Of a stretch of DNA of 64,000 bases, positions 41,729 through 58,175 are shown piece after piece (the stretch's first letter is position 1; each line of letters starts with the position of its first letter). Position numbers and translations under genes: made by a program. The stretch is from the human T2T-CHM13v2.0 reference genome, Homo sapiens, in assembly GCF_009914755.1 (NCBI RefSeq), contig NC_060935.1; one strand, written 5' to 3'. The notes beneath the pieces are model-generated. The model saw only the letters and a program-made list of their open reading frames with translations. It had not been told where the DNA came from and searched no databases.

Positions 41729-43159
41729 AAAGAGAGCCAAAGGAACAGAAACAGAAAGAATAAAAGTGAAAAAGGTATTGTTGCTCCTTGCTTAGAGTAG
41801 AGCTAAATCTTCCAATGTGTAAGAGGTTCAGAAGGCTGATATTTGTCTAGATTGTGAAGAAAGTCAGCCCTAAAGGTGATCAAAATTCAAAGAAGCGTAG
41901 GATGAATAATTTATATTGAAATTACACACTTCCTTTAAAATCACTTTCCAAGACTGAAATTTAAGGACTTCAATCTTGAATCCAAAAGCAACTCTGCCTT
42001 CTATCTCTTTATCCAAATAGTCATTATTCTTCTTTAACTTAAAACTAATACACTTCAATTGTTTAAGATTTGGGAAATATGAAAAAGTCAAAACAAGAAG
42101 ATTAAATTCACCCATAATTCCCCGCCCAGAGGTAGCCAATGATAACATTTTAATGGATAGTTTCTTTGCAGTCTTTTCTGTGCAGATAGGTATTTTTTAC
42201 ATTATACAAAATAAAATAGGTTATATCATACATGATATTTTAACCTATTTTTTTCTTATAAGGCCATTAAATGGGTCTTCTGCAGTGTATTTTTATATAG
42301 CTGCCTGGTATTCTCACATGTATTCCTACAATTCAGAAATTTAGCACAGGACGGAGGCTTCATTTCATATTAACTTTTCTAGTAACAAGAAGAATCATCA
42401 GCCCCAGATTTAATTTCTAGTTTTACTAACTAGTTGTGTGTTTGGGGACAAGGTTTCCTCATCTGAGAAATAAAGGATTGCATGGTTAATTTCTTGAATG
42501 TCCAGGAGGAGTATCTGACACATAAATCATATAATGCACAGTTGCCTACCTGCTCAACTTTGCCTCCATGTCTGCTCCATATGAGAGGGATTTCCTCTTC
42601 CCCTTCATCCTTTGATTTGTTTTCTCTTTAATTTGTTCTACTTTCTTTCCCCTGAAACAATGAAATGTGATGCCTTTTATCTTTCATCAGAAGATGGGTG
42701 ATTGGCTTCTTCTTCTACTGCTTCTGCAAACTCCGCCCCCATCTCCTACTGAAAGCGAGGAGCCTGTTTTGAGCCCCAGGGATAAGCAGGTACTTTTACA
42801 TGTGCTCCTGCACCAGACTCATCTGACCTGTATGCTGCTGGTGTAGAAAATTGACTTTTGGAGGTTCAAGCAGGTCTCTACCTTCTTGAGGGCTCCAGCC
42901 AGAGGCAGACTAGGAGGAAATATAAAAGGCACACTCAAACAGAAATGTTGATTTTTCCTCTTTTAAAAAGAGCAGTAGGATTTTGTGTTCTACATCAAAG
43001 AGACAAGGTTTTTCCACTGTAGTCTCTAAAAATGGATAGAAGACTCAATTTGCTCACAATTTGGAATATAAAGAAATTCCTTAGGTCTGATACAGTAGTT
43101 CATAAAAACATTTATGGGGTTTTCTAAAACTTCCATATGCAATCCTGCACAACTGGATT

Positions 43160-43467
43160 ATTTTTATTTTTATTTTTATTATTTTTGAGATGGAGTTTTG
43201 CTCTTGTTGCCCACGCTAGAGTGCAATGGTGCTATCTCGGCTCATCACAACCTCCGCCTCCCGGGTTGAAGCAATTCTCCTGCCTCAGCCTCCTGAGTAG
43301 CTGGGATTACGGGCATGCGCCACCAGGCCTGGCTAATTTTGTATTTTAGTAAAGACAGGGTTTCTCCATGTTGGTCAGGCTGGTCTTGAACTCCTGACCT
43401 CAGGTGATCAGCCCGCCTCAGCTTCCCAAAGTGCTGGGATTACAGGTGTGAGCCACCCCACCTGGCA
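43160..43467 (-). mobile_element. AluSp-like full length
   Basis: gagttttgctcttgttgccc, catgttggtcagg; TSD ACAACTGGATT. Confidence 0.94.
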
Positions 43468-45544
43468 ACAACTGGATTCTTGAGAAAATTTTCAAGCCAG
43501 TTGCTTGAAAGAAAGGATTCTTCCCTGCCCCCAGGCTAACTAAGCTACTAATGCAACTGGTTTGAAACTAACAAAGGCCGGGAGATTAAGTACACGTTTG
43601 AATTTTATCTCTGCATATCTCTGGAGTCTGTCAATTTGGGTGTCTCAGAAAGACTCAACATCTCTCACCGGAGTCTTCTGAAGCACATCCACAGGGAAGA
43701 TACAAGAAGCTTCTGATGTTTTATTTTATCATGAATTCCATTGGCCCCAGAAACCTGTGATTCTGGTGTAAAATAGGAGGGGAGTGGGAATAGTCCTGGC
43801 TATTTAATTATCTCAGTAGGTGCTGATATTCCCACATATCAGCAAGAAGTATTCCAAAGAACGATGACATCAGATCACTGAGTGTCTTCTGAGACATTTT
43901 GTTCTTCATTACTTCTCTCCCCTCCTTGTCACTGTTACCAAACACAGCAATGACACTCATTGAACTAGGCACCACTCCCTACTGTTGGCCTGTGCTCTTA
44001 GCATAAGATCTCTTCTCATTGAGATGGTGAAAAATAAAATGAGAAAATAGAGAGAGAAAATGCTTTGAAAGAAGAACACTTTGCATATGAAAGAAATTGG
44101 AGATTTTGTTTATGATAGCTCAGATGAATCCTGCCTTGTCTCATTGCAACAGCCTGTTATAATATTTCATTGTTGGAACTGAAATTGCCTCATAATAGAC
44201 AAGTGTCATAGGACTTGGATCAGTAGATAAACACTACAGGGAAGCCTATTTCAGATCAAAATGGTGAAGTGCTTTTGAACATTTAGAGAGCTTTTGAATA
44301 TTTGGAGCCATTCAAAAACAAAATGAGTGCCTGGAAAGCACTGAATAAGTTGAAACAGAGCTATAAGACCAGCTAGCAGAGATGCTGTAGAAAAGTTTCT
44401 TGCACTGGACCAGACAACAGCTAACATTCTATCCCAGTAAGAATCTGGGAATTCACTACAATGATTTTTAATGCTGCTTTTAAATAGGTGAAGGGCTGTA
44501 ATGTAGAAGAGGAAGTGTTTTCTTTCAGATTATCAGACTAAGCCCAGTTGATGGAAAGTATAAGAAGACGAACTTTGGCACAATGCAGCCAATGCAACAA
44601 TATTCACAATATTCATGGCATTTAGAAATGCCATATAATTAATTTTTTCAAAGTCGGGTAGATGTGAGAATAATCTGACCAAAGCTAATCCACCAGTGTT
44701 AGACCTCAAACTTTAGATTCTGCATCCAGTTCTGAGTTCCATGTCTCACATACCCCTTCCAATCTAAGGCCACACATACTTGGCAAATAGTCTTTTAAAA
44801 ATTAGAGGAAAGCCATACGTTAGTGACCATTTGCTGACAGTCCTTATCCGATCCTACTCCCTTATAACTGCTTCCTTTCTCAGACTCTCTCTCAGGGGGA
44901 ACACTAAGTTATATGCCTGAGCTCATCTCAGGCCTCCAGAAACTAGATTGAATGGAATAAAAACTCTTAATGAGGAATTTTTTCTTGTCATGGGGGTTTT
45001 ACATGTCTACTACCATCTAGGAAGCCCTCTCCAACTTGATCCTATAGCAAAATCTTTTTTCAGCCTCTGTCTCTTCTGCACTTAGAAATTTTTCTGCCTA
45101 ACTTCACCCTTCTGAGAACCACCAGCAGCTCCACTGTGGGATCAGATAGTCACATTCTTGATGACCCTATAGATAAATCCAATGAGCAATTGCTGCCGTG
45201 CACATTACTTAATTGTTTACATTCAGAGTGATGACTATGTTTTACTCATCTTCATATTCTTAGCATTTTGCTTGGTAACTAAGTTCTTAGGAACTTCTCA
45301 GTATAGGTTTATTTGGTTGAAAATATGGATATGTTTTGCTTTATTTTAGAGCTGAGGTTAGTTACAGATGGATTCTATGACATCCTCAAATGCAACAAAA
45401 CGTGAGTATCTTTAAAACTGTAGATATCGTTAAGAATCTCCCAAGATGCCATTTTGGGATACTATGGAAAAGGAGCACAGCGTAAGGAAGCTCTTATCTC
45501 AAGGTCTTTATACTTCTTCTTCCAGCTGCAGTTCCACATAGTTC

Positions 45545-45878
45545 TCTCCCTCACTTCATGAAGGTCACATGAAAATGTTAACTTGTCAATGAGGTCTTGC
45601 CTAACTATCTTATATAAAATAAAGCCTCCATCCCCATCCATAGCACTCCCTACCCACCTTACTCTGCTTTATTTTTCTCCATAGGACTTATCGCCATTTG
45701 ACATACCATGTGTCTGCTCACTTATTTGTTCACTGTGTGTCTTCCCCCTCATTGGGCAGAAAGAGACTTTGTGGGTTCACTCATTGCTTTTTCCCCAGGT
45801 CTAGAAGAGTGCCTGGCACATACCAAGAAGCAAGGAAGAGCTCAACAAACATTTACTAAACAATTGAATGATGAATAA
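45545..45878 (+). mobile_element. L2a 3' end
   Basis: ctctgctttatttttctccatag...gtgcctggcacat...ctcaacaaacattt. Confidence 0.7.
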
Positions 45879-45884
45879 GAGAAT

Positions 45885-47850
<1,966 letters not shown>

Positions 47851-50597
47851 TTTAAAAGAAGAGATTATTTGTATTGGAAACTGCTGGCCCATAGCCACTT
47901 CTCCTATGACACTTGCTATGTTGGGATGAGACAAATCAGACCACAAAATTTTTTTCATGAAAATCTGGCTTTCTTTTTCTGAGATGGTTTACAAAGAGGC
48001 TATGAAGACCTTTGGAAATATTATAGAATTTGGAATCAAAAGAAACAGGATAATTGCATAAAAATCTTTTAATAAATTTTTATGCCTCAATTTTCCTACA
48101 CTTCAATGGGCTTCTTGCCCATAATTTTGCTCCTTTGAGTCCCAAGGAGATGAGGTGTTCAAATCCTGAGCTATAGGAAACCCTGCCAGTGGTCGTTTTC
48201 TGTCGATAAGCCAGGAGTTACGGACAAGAGCCGGGCAGTTTTTACACATTTCTGGCATGCAAATAAATGTGCCAAATGTTTAAATTACTCTGTATGATTT
48301 CTAAGTCAGCAGCTTCAATGCTCCCTATGGTAGAATCAAATTTCTGCATGAAGATCTTCTGAGGAAACTGCTGACTTACTGAACACTCTGTAGCCAGACA
48401 CCCACACAACTCACAGCACACCTTGAAAACACCAAGGTGGCAGGGTGGAGGATGGGGAGCCTTCTTTGCAGAGGCCTAAAGAGCCAGCCTCATCCTCCAT
48501 ACACATGGCTCTCCTTTCTTCTAGACAAGGGCCACCCCGGTTCCTCTACCCTTGCAGTGATGTTGTTTCCATGGGTTATATTGGGTTGGGGAAGTGGGTG
48601 GATAGGAAATATACAGAAAATGCAAAACAAAACTGATTTGTGCAAATCCTCATCTGGGAAGCCTGCATTCCTGGTTGCCTGCATTTATAATATTAAGGGG
48701 GTGGGGGAGGAAATTACAAATAAGGCAGTCAATGAGTTAGTATGAATCGGATCTTTGTTCTTTGGCAAACCCTGCCTGGAAAGCTGAGTGCAGGCTTCTC
48801 ATTGACTTGCAGCATCAGTTTTACCGAAATGGCTTTAAAATCTGCCCAAGGTCCATTCTCCTCCTGCCAGGCCAGAAAGAAAAAGAAAGGTGACCACACA
48901 GCTGGACACCCTGTGGTCAGTTCTTATGAAAGGGGCAAACTCTGTGCAGTGCCTATACACTCCATCAAAATATGGGAAAGGAGCTGGGGAAATGGTCCCA
49001 TGGAGAGACCTGGGAACAGAGAAAGGGAGCCGAAAAAGAAATAATTCTCCTGGCTCTGTTCTATGCCACCCACAGCAATGGGCTAGATACACTCTCTGAA
49101 TGCCAAACTTGTGCTTCCCAGGCACCCTGCTGCCAAAATATAGCTGGAGAAAGCAGCCAGAGAACCCCATAGTCAAGGCAAGCACAAGAGCTTAACTGGA
49201 GACAAGACTGTGGGGTTGAAAGGGAGGGAGATGAATCCTCTTAGATGTGTGTTGACTCCTTCCTAAGTTCAAAGCATTTATGCTTTTAAATCATCTCTCC
49301 TCCAAGTAAATTTGTGGGACAAGCTGTATTTTCTCCACTTAATAGACGATGAAATTGAGGCTCAGATTTGATTTGGATCATAGCCAGTTTGCATAGATAG
49401 CACCAGATTCTATTCCTTGGCCTTCTCACTTCAGGGACTTTTTCCTAGACCACATTACCAGTAGATGTCATTCTTTGACCAGCAGACAAATGCCAGAGAG
49501 TAGAAATTCTAGCCACTTGGCTGAAAGTTCAGGTTCAGGGAGTATCTTCAAGAGAGGGAGGGACTCGAGACCAGTGTGCCCAGCTCCTTCGCCTCTGCCC
49601 CACCCAGAGCTGAGGGCCTGGACCTCATGTGCCCTCCCCACACGGTGCCTACTTTCTCTTTTACAGAGACTCTGTGACCCCTCAGGGCCCCCAGATCCTC
49701 AATCCCACTGAGGCTTTGCCTCAGGTTGGGGGGCTACATGTTTCCTCCAGACTAAAATATTATTCCAATAGCTTTATTTTTATATTATTATTATGGTTTG
49801 TCTTTTGTTTTTTGTTACTTATCTCCTCTGGTCATGAGTCGCTGCATACCCTAGACCAGGTGGGTTCAAATTTCCCCTATTCTAATTTTAATTTCCACAT
49901 GATCAGAATAAACATGGCTGCCTTGAGATCTCATTTTCCAGTGCTGCCAGAAATGAAAATTCCACATAGCCTAGTGGACCTTCCCACCTCCTTTCACTGG
50001 ACAGCTTGCTGTTTAGAGGCTCCTGCCATTCTTAACACGGCAGCTGTCACAGCAGTTAGCCATGGAAAGACCCATTCTCTCATTTGATCCCATCTCCCTG
50101 CCAGGACAGGATATAGGCCTTAAAAGTGCTTCCTGGTGTAAGGACTGAGTCGGGGTTTATTTATCCTAGGTTACAGCAAACATTACTTCAAAAAACAGGA
50201 AAGAGAGTCTCATCTTGTTGATTATGATACCAGTTATAGCAATGAGGTGGAGGCGTTGTGGAAGTGGAGCTTGCATTTCCATACAAGGCTACCTTGGAAT
50301 CTCATCTATTGTTAGGGAGCCGAAGTGTGTCGCTGTGACAACCCTAATAGAACCTTAGGAGTACTGGCTACTCCTGCTCTCATGTTCCTTAGGGCCATCA
50401 GAAATAAAAACAATTATATCAGCTTGTGACTTTCTTAGATTGGTCCTAATTTACAAATCTCCTTATGGGCAAATTAACTGTCCCATTTGCCTTTCACTGG
50501 GATCAGCTCTAAGATACACTCAATAAAATGTTTAATTAAGACTGATGGAATACTAGAACTCATTCTTTCTAAATGCATTTTTGTAAGGAAATTATAT

Positions 50598-50805
50598 CTA
50601 ACGATAATTTGTTGTATAGTTCAAAACGCCTAGAAGAGAAGAATTATAATGTTCCCAACACAAAGAAAAGATAAATGCTTGAGGTGCTGGATATCTCGAT
50701 TACCCTGATTTGATCATTGCACATTGTATACATGTATCAAATTATCACATGTACCCCAATATCTGAACAATTACATAGCAATAAAAAGCAAAAACAAATA
50801 AAAAA
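50598..50805 (+). mobile_element. L1MA-family 3' end
   Basis: tgttcccaacacaaagaaaagataaatgcttgaggtg...taccctgatttgatcattgcacattgtatacatgtatcaaa. Confidence 0.88.
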
Positions 50806-50959
50806 GACAGATTGAAAAAGAGCCAGTTGATCAGGAAGGGAGGGAAAGAGAATGTGCAAAGGATTCCTGGGCTCATTTGCATGGAGAAAGCAAAGTTGAA
50901 TAATGTCTCACCTCAAATTCAAGAAGTATTTCCCTGCTAATAGCTGCATTGTTAATAAT

Positions 50960-51225
50960 ACTAAGAGCTAACACTTATTAGACGCTTACTGCTTGTCAGG
51001 CACTGAGCTAAATATTCAACAGGCATCATATCATTTAACAACACTAAGGGAAGTGGTGTTATTATTTCTATTTTGTTGAAAGAAAAAAATGACTGTACAA
51101 GCAGTTAAACAATTTGCCCAAGGTGACACACAGGTACGGATACAAGTAAAGGGCAACCTCAATTCAAATTGGAATTAATCTGACTCTTGAGCCTGTATTC
51201 TTGACCACATGCCATACTGCCTTTC
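50960..51225 (-). mobile_element. MIR
   Basis: gagctaacacttatt...tgtcaggcactgagctaa...ttgcccaaggtgacaca. Confidence 0.7.
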
Positions 51226-52969
51226 TGCTCTTGGTTTATTTTTGGAGAACCAGTGCTGTCAGAGAAGAATAGTGAGAATATTGCTGTTATTCACCAGGTA
51301 ATTTTAACTCTGCCTTTATTTGTGAGAGATAGTTGTTTTCCTTTTCCACCCTCCTTGGTCCTCAACCGACCCACACCTTGTCCTCCATGGCTCCCCTCTC
51401 CCACTTGATCTCTTTAGCCTCTTTCCCATCAGAACATTAACTGATGGTTGAACTAAGAAGCATCATGACCAATGACCTTGGATAACTCCACTTTCTTACA
51501 GCCCCTGCCTCAAACAGGGATTAAGGAAGAAAATAATCTCTGGGATGCTACCTTCCATGAATCAGGGTCTAGCACCAACAAATATTTGGGTATGATTCAT
51601 CCAGCATCTTCACTCTCATTGTCATATTTGATGTGTGGGACAACTATATGAATTAGGCCAGTCAGATAATACTACTTTACAGATAATACAACTGAAGCTC
51701 AGAAAGCAGGTGCAGTTGAGAGTTGAGCCAGATCCGGTTTCAAATCCTATCTGTTTTCTATAAAATAATGGCAGCCTCTTCTGAGAATGAGAATCTGCCC
51801 CATTCATGCCACCCTAAAGAGATGGTTTGCTTTACCTGGGACTTCGAGCTCCACCCTTGTGGCACAGATGTCATTCGTGGAGGTTAAGTGTTCTTGGCGG
51901 GCAGAGGTTTCCATGAGAGCTCATTTATGTTGGCTACAAGACTGTTCTTCTCCTAGCATGTAAACCACATTATTTTGGTTTTCTTTAGTTGTTTGTCTTG
52001 CTTTAAACATTGTCTTGATAGAAAAGGAAATATAATGTCTTAGGTGTCAATGTAAAGTTTATCAACAAGTCTACATAGAAATATGCATCTATAAATCCAG
52101 ACTATAAAGAGCAATGACAAATGAATCAAAACACCTGGACTCCAGCCCAGACCTCCCAGTGAATTTTATGAAGCTTTGAGAGAGCCACTTGCATTCTCCA
52201 AGCCTCAGTTTCCATAAAGGAAACAATGGTGGGCTAGAGGATCCCTACAGAGTAGCACTTTCCCGGTATTAAAAACCCATGGTTTTTAGGATCCTTAGCC
52301 CTGCCAATGGTTATCTGAGCAGGGGAAGCATATTTGTTTTAAGCAACTGGGAGTGTAGAAGACATGGGTGCTTCCTTCCTGGGATGGCCAGGCAACAAGA
52401 GGCATGTAAGAAGATTTCCAAGGAAGAGAAGGCAAGCCATGGGGCTGAGTGGGAGCAAGTTGGTCTGCTGGGAAGGAGCAGAAATACTGACCACCTCAAG
52501 TCCTGAACACCCAGTGGAGGTCATGCCTTTCCATGGGTGGTCTCCAAATTCTGGGCATGCTTTTTCTTCCTGTTTCCAAATAGCTTAGCAAGCTTAATCC
52601 ATCCACACAACATGTAATAAGCTCTTCTGTGTTCCAGATATTTGATAAGAACTGAAAATAAATGATAAAGCAAGATTCTGTTCTTAAAGAGCTTATCAGA
52701 GGAGTAAGTAACAAGAAATGGTGTGAATTTTTAGCAGAAGCTTGTAAAACATCAGACGAGAAAAACACGATATGTGTGTTCTATATGGATTGGCAGGGTA
52801 CATTATTTTATACCAACTCATGACGTTCCTTACCCATTTGATGTGTGTTAAATCCTAGTTCCCCAAGTCCATAAGGAGCTCCTTGAGGGCAGGATCAAGA
52901 CTCATGTTTATTTGTTCAACGATACCTCACCCAGCATTAAGCACATCAAAAGTTGTTCACTAATCTGGA

Positions 52970-53308
52970 CAAGTTCTTCCCCTATCTGGACATGTGGTAG
53001 AATCCCACTCCCTGCCCTGTTGAAATTGGGAGTGGTCCTAGGATGTGCTTTCACTGATGAAATTCGAACAGGGTCACTTGGCAGAAAATTAGAGGACCAC
53101 TGAAGAGTTTCGGCCTTTCTGTTTGTCTCTCTGGCACGTGTCAGGTGACAGCTGCTTATCAGCTAGGGCCCGGAGTAACTCTGATACCATGGAACAAAAC
53201 CCCCTGCCAGCCCAGTGTTCATGCAGCATGAGTAAGATGTGTTGCTTCAAGCCACTGAGGTTTGGCTCTTGTTACCACAGTGTAACCTAGTCCAGTCTGC
53301 CTGGTACA
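52970..53308 (+). mobile_element. MLT1 (ERVL-MaLR) LTR fragment
   Basis: aagccactgaggtttggctcttgttaccacagtgtaacctagtccagtctgcctggtaca terminus. Confidence 0.75.
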
Positions 53309-53799
53309 GAAGTGTTCCACAAATATTTGCTGATCTCTGTACTGATGCCTCGATTATAGCAGATAGGTAAGGAAGTAAATAAAGTAAGTTGGTAGCAGCC
53401 CTAGGAAAGTCTACCTCCACTGGAAAAATACTTTCCCAGCTCTTTCTAATATGCCGTTGTTCATATTTCTAGCAAAGCACCACAAGAGGCCATTGACATT
53501 CCATCTCTTTCAGCATTTCTTCCACTTTGAGGCTGCTTTGTGGCTGCTCAAACTCAGATTTAAGTTTGCTGTGAACCTTAGCAGTGAATGCCTCTATCTT
53601 TGCCTCAAGACTTTTGTAGTCAGAATAGGCAATGCAATAAGTAGTCCTAGATAGAGAATGGTAGACAATTTAGGGAAGAGTTAAATGAGAGATTGTCTGA
53701 AAAAGTGTGCGAAGATTGGAAAGGAAAAGTTCCACCGAGACAGAGCTTCCCAGGGATTGCAGTCAAAAACCACTAGGAAATTGAGATAGATGGTGATGC

Positions 53800-54115
53800 C
53801 TTTAGGAGCTTGGCCTCTGGCATCAGGCAAACCCGACCTTGAATCCCAGCTATTCACTCACCTACTGAGTGACTGAGCAATTTACTGAACCTTTCTAACC
53901 AATTCAGTTTCCTCATCTGTCAAACAAGAGTAAGGATTGAGCTCAGCTCTTAGGGCCATTGACCACATAGGAAAGTAATTTTCCTTAATAATAAGGACAC
54001 ATTTTTATATTATGTGCTTTTAAAAGGAGCCTTAAATAAAGAGAAGTGAGATCATTTTCCAGTGCACTTAGCATAGTAACGACAACATAGAAAGCGTTAA
54101 AAAAAATGACAGCTT
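53800..54115 (+). mobile_element. MIR
   Basis: ttgaatcccagct...cagtttcctcatctgtcaaa...gcacttagcatagt. Confidence 0.7.
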
Positions 54116-55302
54116 AAGAAAGCAAAGGATGTGGAAACACTCACTGAAGGGCCATGGAACATGAAAGAGGGCTCTGCCTGGGCTCAGCTTCCAGGAAACT
54201 CTCAAACTCTTGCCCAGAGCATCGTGATGTAGCCATTGGAACCTCACGCAGGCGATGATGATCCTTTTACCAGATATCAGAACTTACCTAACCTTCAGCC
54301 ACTTAAAAATGCTCTCTGGAAAGTATTCAACAAGGGCTTGAGAAACCAAGGAGACCCTGATGGAGGAGATGTCAAATAACGTGAGAGCCTTGTTCTGTCT
54401 AAGCTAATTTCCGGCACTTTCCAGAGAGTTAGAAGTGATTGGTCTTCGGTCTGCTCAGCTGACTTTGAAGCATTGGCCAAAGGGCTCGGGACAAGCAGGG
54501 AGAAGCTGGAAGTCGTCTATTGCCTCCACCTGGGACTGCCTCAATGTCCTTTTGTTCCAGCTGGATGTAGCCCCAGAAATAGCAGTAAAGGAAAAACATG
54601 TGATTTGAGTTTCCCCATCTCCCTTTTCTGTGCCCTCTCCCTTACCAGGGGATTTTTCCTGTGCCCAGGCACCCCATGTTTCTTGAAGTTCTGCCCCAGA
54701 GACAATTATTCCCTCCAGTGGAGTGGAGAAAACAAGAGACTTGGAATTAAAAGACACATACCCAAATCTGGATGCTTTCACATGCCAGTTCTTATCTGAT
54801 TGCCCCTGAGCCTCAGTTTCCTGGAAATAGCAGTAACCACCCCACAGTAGGTAATTATTTTATTATATTATAGTACTTTAACAGATTTGGGTTTGATTTG
54901 AACAGCAGAGATAAGAAGAATTAATTTCTGCTCTTGTAGATGAAGCGAAATTTTTCAACCAGGTAAAATTCCCTAACTTGCTCACTCCATTAATTCCTCC
55001 AACCATCCATTCACTCAATAAACATGTATTCTGAGCCTACTATTGTGTTAAGTAGCACTAATTGACGAGAGCTGAAAGAGAATTCAGACCTTGGGAATGA
55101 GGCTGACAGAGAAACAGATGGTAAAGCAGGAGAGTGGCTGCGGTGTTTAAAGCAGCCCAGCAGATAAGGAAGGGAAGCATAGTGCACCCTAGAGAGCTCA
55201 GGAAGAGCATCCTGAGTGAGGAAATGCCTACCCTTAGTGTGAAGTGACGGCTTAGAGTGTAATAGGTAAAAAAAAGGCAGAGGGAAAAGAAGGCAAGGAT
55301 GA

Positions 55303-55732
<430 letters not shown>

Positions 55733-58125
55733 TCAGAAGGTGGAAAATGATGAAAAACATAGATTTTCCTGGCACCCAAGAAACCCTCATTTTAGAAAGA
55801 GAACTCTAAAGTCAACCCCTCCTCCCAGAACTACCTCTGCAACTATCTGATCCTCCAAAGATTCCCAGGTATGTTTAATTCATGCTGAAAATGCAAGGAA
55901 AAATAAAATGTGATCGTCAAAATGTTCAAAGCTCCCTCCAAGTCTCTCTCCCATTTTCTGTCCCTTTTGTGAGCACCATCCCCCCAATGGTAGGAAGCAT
56001 TTGTCTAAAAATAGCCCTTCTAAAAGACCCAATCTTTTCTGAGTTTCATAAAACATCTGCTGAACAGTTTCCTATAACTGTTTTTGGCCATTAAATCAAA
56101 GCTGGCAAAAACAATGTTCTGTTTCTGCCTTTAAAGCACAGAATCGCCATCAGGCCTTCCTCTCAGACCCAGACGACAATGGGGCCAGAAATAGCCACGG
56201 GAGGCTTTGAAACACCTAAAGGCCCGGGTCCAAGCACAGAGTTACTAGTGTCTTGTTTTTCTCTCTTTTAAAGTGGCTGTTCGTCTCCCAAGTACAGAAG
56301 AGAAACTTAGATAGGCCTAGCCTCCTGGGAGACGCTCTGCTCCCCCATGCAAATTACCACCTGCAGTGGTGGGGCGGTGTGGTTTGTGCAGCTCAGGGCT
56401 GGCAGAGAGCAGAGACCGGTAGAAGTCTCGTCCTACGTTGGCAGGGGCAGCCACACATGTGGAGTGGGCGTGGGGGTGGGCTGGCATCTGGCTGTATGGT
56501 TGCGCCTTCTCTATGTTGTGTCTATGCTGTTCACTGGGCTCCTATTTGCTCAGGTGGCACAGAACATGGGGGTTTGCAGCAACCTGTGCAAGTCCAGGGG
56601 AAAACTCACAGACACAAGGTCGAAAGATCTAGTAGGTTCTGTCCAGACTGTGCTTCCCACTAGCTGAGTGTCTTTGGCAAGACGTTTTATCTCTCTGACC
56701 CTGTCTGGGCTGCAGGCATCAGTGCAAAAACTGCTGGGCCTTGTATACCGCAGGAGGAAGCCAGGGCTTGGTATGATGCAGACAGAGGAACTGCTCAGGG
56801 CCAGGCAGTCAGGCACTAAGAGCAGCTCAGTGCTGGAGGTCGGCCGAGGGGCACGCAAGTCAATGACAGTGCTGGAACTGAGACCTCTGTCCGTGTGTAC
56901 AAGACCCAGTCAGGGGCTGAAGACACATGAAACTGGATCCAGCCCCTGGAAGAAAAGAGGCTTTAGAATGCCTGCTTTCTCTAGGATAAGACTTCAGTCT
57001 GTACAGTGAACTTGAGGATTAGGTCAAAAACACCAAGGCAACCTCTTGATGCCAAGGAGTAAGAGGCCAGCACGACAGGTGAAGGGACACACGACTGAGA
57101 GATTCCAGAGCACAGGGAGTGTATCTGTGGTGCATATCTATAGGTCTCACATGGCACATGCTTTGGGTCCCAGGACTTCATACTGTCTTAAAATGGGTGA
57201 CGGGGACAAAGTCATCAAACATTCAATGCCGTTGTCAGAGCTGGCTCAGAATGGAGATGAACCCACCTGTAAGCAAGGTGTGAGCAGACGGGGATGAGAG
57301 CAGCTAAGAGTGCAAGGGTGGAAGAGGGCTGGACGCAATGCACTGTGGCCCTCCTCCCCGGTCAGCTCTCCAGGCTTCTGTGCACTCTCTCCCAATTTGT
57401 ACAGAATGGTCCTCACAGGCTTTGGTAGAAACTGGTTTCCATGTTCCATGTCCGTCATAATCTGTGATAGACTCATAAAACAATGGAGGATGGTCCCTGT
57501 AATCTGTGGATACAGTTAGGTGGATACCAGGTCTATAATTGCAAGAGCAAAATGAGGAGTGGGAGTGAACATGTCCTTCTCGTTGTGGATTTTCTCTGAA
57601 CATAGCCAAGTAATGATCATGACAAGAGAGATGTTCACTCATTTTCTCTTTTTCTTTCCTACCTCCTTCTCTCCCTCTGTCTTTTCCTTTCATCCCTCCG
57701 TCCCCCCCCTCCCTTCCCTTCTTCCTTCCTTCCTTCCTTTCTCTATCTCATGCCAGTTTGTATTAGTAGCACTCTGAGAAGAGTTTAATTTAAAGAAAAA
57801 AAGATTAATATTTTACCCAAAACAGCAAAGCCAAAAAACTGTTAAGGTAAAGAAAAATATACTAACAGTGAAAAAAACCTTCACTTAACGCTACTGCTAC
57901 CAGAAGACATGGTGCAAATTTGCTCAAAAAGGCATCATCTAGGAGATGCACGCAACATCTGAGCAAAGGATGCAAAGCCTGCCAACATTTTAGCTTGTTT
58001 GTGAAATTATTTCTGCACACTTGTCACTTTTTGAAGCAAAATGTGAGGTCTATTTATAGATCTATATTTATTTGATAGAATAGCATTGAATGGGCTGCTT
58101 TAGGGATTGCCTGTTGCAAATTAAC

Positions 58126-58128
<3 letters not shown>

Positions 58129-58170
<42 letters not shown>

Positions 58171-58175
58171 GTGTG
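58129..58175 (+). repeat. (GT)n microsatellite
   Basis: About 23 units with one GC interruption. Confidence 0.97.

Noticed and set aside
54282-54560. Perfect minus-strand donor TAG|GTAAGT at 54288 as a further upstream ETS1 or lncRNA exon
   Set aside because: No convincing acceptor or promoter could be paired with it; isolated consensus donors occur by chance.
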